DNA from: Eledone cirrhosa
Lineage: Eukaryota
NCBI GenBank assembly: GCA_964016885.1
Contig: OZ024742.1
Location: forward strand, 102,610,001 to 102,674,000
Direction of reading: 5' to 3'
DNA length: 64,000 nt
The translations under genes and the position numbers were made by a program. A model generated the notes under the pieces. It had not been told where the DNA came from. It did not search any database and saw only the letters and a program-made list of their open reading frames with translations. Of the stretch, positions 59,380 to 64,000 are shown in pieces; within the stretch, counting starts at the first letter, position 1; each line of letters begins with the position of its first letter.

Positions 59380-59668
59380 ATAGATGAGATTCTACAGGAC
59401 TAGAACTGTTTCATTCATTAGAAATCAGGAATCTGGGTATCAAAAAATAAAAATGGTATTTATAGGTCTCTACAAGTGGTAGGAGAGGGTGGGGAGTGGG
59501 ATGGGTGCAGGTCATTGGTTGATAGAAAAGGGAATTCATTAAAAGCTAATTCTGAATGAAACAGTTCTAGTCCTGTAGAATCTCATCTATATTAAAACTT
59601 TTATACTCTGCTATGTATTGAGTACCTTACTTACTGTGGTTACCTCCGATTCAACCCGGAATAACGTA
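59380..59668 (+). mobile_element. Small Penelope-like unit with 38-bp perfect inverted repeat, in (TA)n
   Basis: 59380-59417 is the reverse complement of 59553-59590 and contains GAAACAGTTCTAGTC. Confidence 0.55.
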
Positions 59669-59701
59669 TATATATATATATGTATTCATATATATATATA
59701 T

Positions 59702-60155
59702 ATGGGAGGCTTAGGATCAATATTAAAGTTATAGAATCAACTCCAGCTCCGAATCTGTTCATCAAACTTGTTTATCAGGCAAAACTGAGATCTCATCTGA
59801 GGGTATCCGAATTCAAATGTATATATATACATGGGTATAGACCAACCAGCGTACACAGAGACACATTCACACACACACATATACCCATGTATATATACAT
59901 TTGAATTCGGATGCCCTCACATAAAATTTCCGTTTGCCTGATTAGTAAATCTGATGAGCAGATTGGGGCTAGAGTTAGGTCTATAACACCAATGTGGATC
60001 CTGAACCACCCATCTGTGAAACGTTCGTAACTGAGCCTAATCAATAAAAACCCAGATGTGAAACCTCATTTTGTTCTTATATACACTCTGATATAGCATT
60101 GAGTACTAATATTGCTACCTTCCTCGGTAAACCACAAACCTACTGAATCATCAAA
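59702..60155 (+). mobile_element. Penelope-like fold-back unit with hammerhead motif
   Basis: 59702-59838 is an inverted homolog of 59880-60013. TGATTAG..CTGATGAG CAGATTGG..CCATCTGT GAAA CGTTCGTA..CTAATCA at 59939-60043. Confidence 0.65.
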
Positions 60156-60177
60156 TATATATTATATGTATATATGC

Positions 60178-60402
60178 ACCCAGTCCACGCTGTAAAGAGG
60201 TTGTGTAGGAGACATGGTAAAAAGGCTCCTAGTCTGCACTGTAAATGTGGTTGGTGTTAGAAAGGGCATCCAGCCATAGATAACCTGCCAGATACAGTCC
60301 TACACGAGCGAGACATGGTCAGCCGACCAATCTTACGTCAAGTGGGACAATTCCCGTCTAACCCATGCTACCGTGGAAGATAGACTTTAAACGATGATGA
60401 TG
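60178..60402 (+). mobile_element. RTE long 3'-UTR or SINE tail copy
   Basis: GGTTGGTGTTAGAAAGGGCATCCAGCC..CCCATGCTACCGTGGAAG..GATGATGATG. Confidence 0.72.
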
Positions 60403-60502
60403 AATATATGAATATATATAAATACATATAATATACACACACACATATATACATATATATATATAAGAAGAAATTAAAAGATGGTTAAAAAAATTCCATA
60501 TT

Positions 60503-60534
<32 letters not shown>

Positions 60535-60536
<2 letters not shown>

Positions 60537-60608
60537 GTGTCCCCAAAAAGTGTATACACATTTCAACAGTATCCTAATAAACGTGTGTACATTTTTTTGG
60601 ACACCCTG
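60535..60608. mobile_element. Tiny Tc1/mariner-type MITE (74 bp)
   Basis: CAGTGTCCCCAAAAAGTGTATACACA / TGTGTACATTTTTTTGGACACCCTG|TA imperfect TIRs. Confidence 0.6.
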
Positions 60609-62525
60609 TATATAATATACATATATATGTGTGTGTGTGAATGTTTATATATGTGTAAATATATACACATATATATAATAATATGTACATATGTATAGCA
60701 TATATATTATACATATATAAAAATGCACACATACAAAAATATATATTTCTTTTACAACTTCAATATCTACGATTAAAAAATATATACATTTAAGAGAGTT
60801 TGACTGTAGTACAAGCTTCCATAGTATCAAATTATTACTATTCTGGGTTACCATAACATTTGACATCTCTTCTTTTGAACAGAAGCCTACTCCTTTTTTT
60901 TACATATATATATATAAATATATAAATAAATTTTCCTCTTCGACGATTGGAATATTATCTGAATAGAAATTGAATATTTAAAGGGTTAGTTACTTAAAAG
61001 GTAAGTTAAACTTTCAGGATTGATGTTATTTTAACGGCTGATAGATAATATTAAAATTGCGAGACGACTAACGAAGTTTGAATATGATAGCAACCTGTGT
61101 GAGTATTTTTTTCTTCAGAGCTAAGTAATTTGCTCAATCAGACAGACATTTACATACATATTTATATCGTTTTTATCACTTCTGTATGAATACATTTCAA
61201 TACAAATGCATATTTTTTTTACTGTGACTTAAAATAAATCTATAAAATATCGCTAGTTTTTTTCCTTTTTAGTTGTTTGCTATGATCTTGAGCCAGATGT
61301 CTTCGGGTTTTAGTTTTGATGTGATGTCAGGAAAGGAAGGGAACAATTCAATATAAAATTGTGTGAAATGGTTCCTAAAGGAAAATATTCACTCAAATTA
61401 AAGTTTCTACACGAATGCCACTGGCAATGAGAGTACAAGACAGAAGCCAGATAATTAGAATTCAAACATATATATGTATATTTAGTTTCATTACTTTTAG
61501 AGAATTTCAAAAGATTTTATTACAAAAATCGCTGCTGATGTATAACTGGTTTGTGGTATCCAGTTTGATATTTTGCAATAAAGTCTTGAAATTGTCAGTA
61601 AATAATGAAACTTTCTTTTTTACACTTCTAATAAAAAATAATCTGGGGACAGCTAAATGTCAATAACGTCGTAAATATTTTTACGCACACACACACACGT
61701 GTCGTCTGTATACATGCATATGCACTGTAAATGTGTGTGTGTGTATATATATCTACACACAATGAGATAGGTTGGAAGCTGTACAGACACATACATTCCA
61801 ATTAAAGATTTATTTAAAAACAAGTTATTGGGTCCGATTTCCTTGTCTTCCTCTCCCGATCAAATAAACCCCAACAAGGAGAACTTGGTTTAGTGTCAAT
61901 AATGATGGCTGAGGGTGATGGTAAATATTAGATGTGTTGGAGAGAGAAGAAAAGATAAGGGAGAGCTCTGACATCTAGGAATTGGATGGGAACAAACGTC
62001 CGTGTGTATGTGTGTAAATAAACGGCGTGTGTGGTGCAGTTTGATAACAGTCTGTGCGTATATGCTGAAATCAAATGTTTGGATGGAGGCAAGTGCGCGC
62101 TTGTATTCAGATGGAATGGGAGGTTGTTGTTGATTCACCCCCTCCCCCATCGAGTAAACGTATGTTCAGAGACGTTCCAACTATGACCATTCCTTCTTTT
62201 TTCTTTTCTTTTGTAAATGAGAAACTACATTATCCGATTATCTATCCCTTATTTAGCAGGGAGATTGTAGTGTGTATTATCTATATTTGAGCAAGTGAAA
62301 TGAGACAGGAGTTACTTGTTTAGATGTAGGAGAGTCAGTCGCCTGCGTGGGAAAGTATCATTCACCATCATGTTAAAATATACTAGCTTCTTTATCATTT
62401 ATATATTAAAATGTGATCTACCCGGTGAGCTCAACCACGATAAGTTTCGACTCCTGGTTGTAGCTATTTCACTTCTTTTTCATTTATATTAAATCTCTTA
62501 CCAAGTTGATGTTTCTACAATTGAA

Positions 62526-62616
62526 GGGGGGGGGGGGGGTCGATAAAATAAAAAGTACTGGGATTCGATTTAATCGACTAACCCCTGTCCCCAAATTTAT
62601 GATAGAAACAATTATT
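62526..62616 (+). mobile_element. Family A SINE 3' fragment
   Basis: GGGGTCGATAAAATAAAAAGTACTGGG..AATCGACTAACCCC..TAGAAACAATTATT. Confidence 0.6.
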
Positions 62617-64000
62617 TTTACTGTTGCTAGATATAATCCCGAGGTTCATTTAGGTTATAAAATAATCTTTCATTATTGTTGTTACAATTTCAAGGCAAAT
62701 CAGAATGAATAATAATATTAATAATAAATGAGATTTAAAAAAAAAAACAAACTTTTTAGATACATTATTCGGGAAAATTAAGTAAAGCCGAGCCGAAATC
62801 TCTCCTTTTAAAAATATTTTCCATTGTTGTTTACATAGTTTAATGATCACCGCTTCAACTTGGATTGAATAAATACACTATTGTGTAATAAAATATTAAT
62901 ATTAAATAGTAACGATTATTTAAACAAAATCCAATTATTATTATTATTATGATTCCTTATATAGGCATAGAGCCTTAAACCAGAATTGGAAGTCTTAACT
63001 AGGGGGGACACAACGCCTACGAGATTTGTATTTAGTATTTCAGGAGGATTATATTTATCCAATTCAACAATAGTTATAAATCGTAATAATAATAATGCCG
63101 ATTAAAGTTTTAATATGAAAACAAATGAGATTCTTCCTATAACTGATATGACTAAAAGAAAATAAGGAAGACGATAGATAAAAATGATGCAGGGAATTAA
63201 AACGATCAAAAATACACACGGAAATGATAAAAAATCTTTTAGTCTGTACCTAAATATATAATTGATGTTAAATTTCTTATGGCGATGAAAGAAGGAAGGA
63301 TTTATAAATAAAAACAAAAGTTTATAAACATCGAAATCATTTTAAGGAAGTGAAGTGGAAATTCTCTAGAAAGGAAGGAAATAAATGTCGATGATCCTCA
63401 GAGAAATGTTCTTTTCTTCAGCATTTCTGGAAATCTAATTATAGACCTTATGTGTTCTGTGTATAGATAGACTGTGTGACCAGCACCAGTCTAGTGGACG
63501 AGTTACACTGATGGCTAAAAACGAATAGCTACAAATTTCCACCGATATCAAATAAATTCCGCGAGATTATACATAATTTTTTTTCATGGAAACTAACATA
63601 CATGGCAGGTATTTTTCATGTGTGTGTGTGTGTGTGTGTGAATATATATATATATATTATATACATATATATTAGCATAATATCAAAGAAATTATTTAGG
63701 CATGATGTTTTCATATTAACCAGTATTTAAAAAAAAAGAGAAAATAGGGGTTTTTTGGTATAGCTATCGTTTAAAAATGATCCCTTATTAGAAACAATAA
63801 GCTACAGATTAGCTAGGTATATGTATATACGTTTATGTATGTGTGTGTATGCATATGGGAATATATACAGGCACACTAGACCATATACAAATAGAAGTAA
63901 AAGAGAAGGAAATGATTGAACCTAGTGAGGTTCATACATTGATAATATAAATAGATATCTTTAAAAAATAATTTCTGAAATAAATTAATGTTCGATCGAC

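Noticed and set aside
60640-64000. Host-gene exons in the unique-looking AT-rich end (also 42770-47000)
   Set aside because: Only isolated splice-like motifs and short, unrecognisable ORFs. Small exons cannot be excluded without RNA data.

Overview
This is not prokaryotic DNA. It is a very AT-rich, microsatellite-saturated eukaryotic window; the SINE/LINE families and huge (TA)n, (TACA)n and (GGT/GTT)n tracts resemble coleoid cephalopod (octopus-like) genomes, which is an inference. I find no convincing intact host gene, tRNA, rRNA or CRISPR array. Most long ORFs in the track (poly-YI, MYVC, HTYI, poly-V/G/L) are translations of simple repeats. Real coding-derived sequence is all decayed transposable element: an R4/Dong-like RLE retrotransposon (10.7-13.2 kb), a near-full-length RTE LINE with APE, RT and PHD-like finger plus a 19-bp TSD (34.7-38.3 kb), further RTE fragments, CR1-group LINE fragments, three Penelope-like GIY-YIG remnants and a mariner 5' fragment. 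Non-coding elements include many tRNA-derived SINEs, a non-autonomous Helitron and hAT, Tc1 and piggyBac-like MITEs. The most interesting signals are: (i) about ten minimal type-I hammerhead-ribozyme-like cores in small Penelope-like units, often fold-back shaped and embedded in (TA)n; (ii) a 689-bp non-coding element with identical 65-bp TG..CA terminal repeats; (iii) a 334-bp near-perfect inverted duplication; (iv) a protein-like island inside a 2.9-kb trinucleotide tract, next to a CRE/GC-box cluster; (v) LINE-SINE tail sharing visible within the window. Family names come from pattern recall, not database searches.
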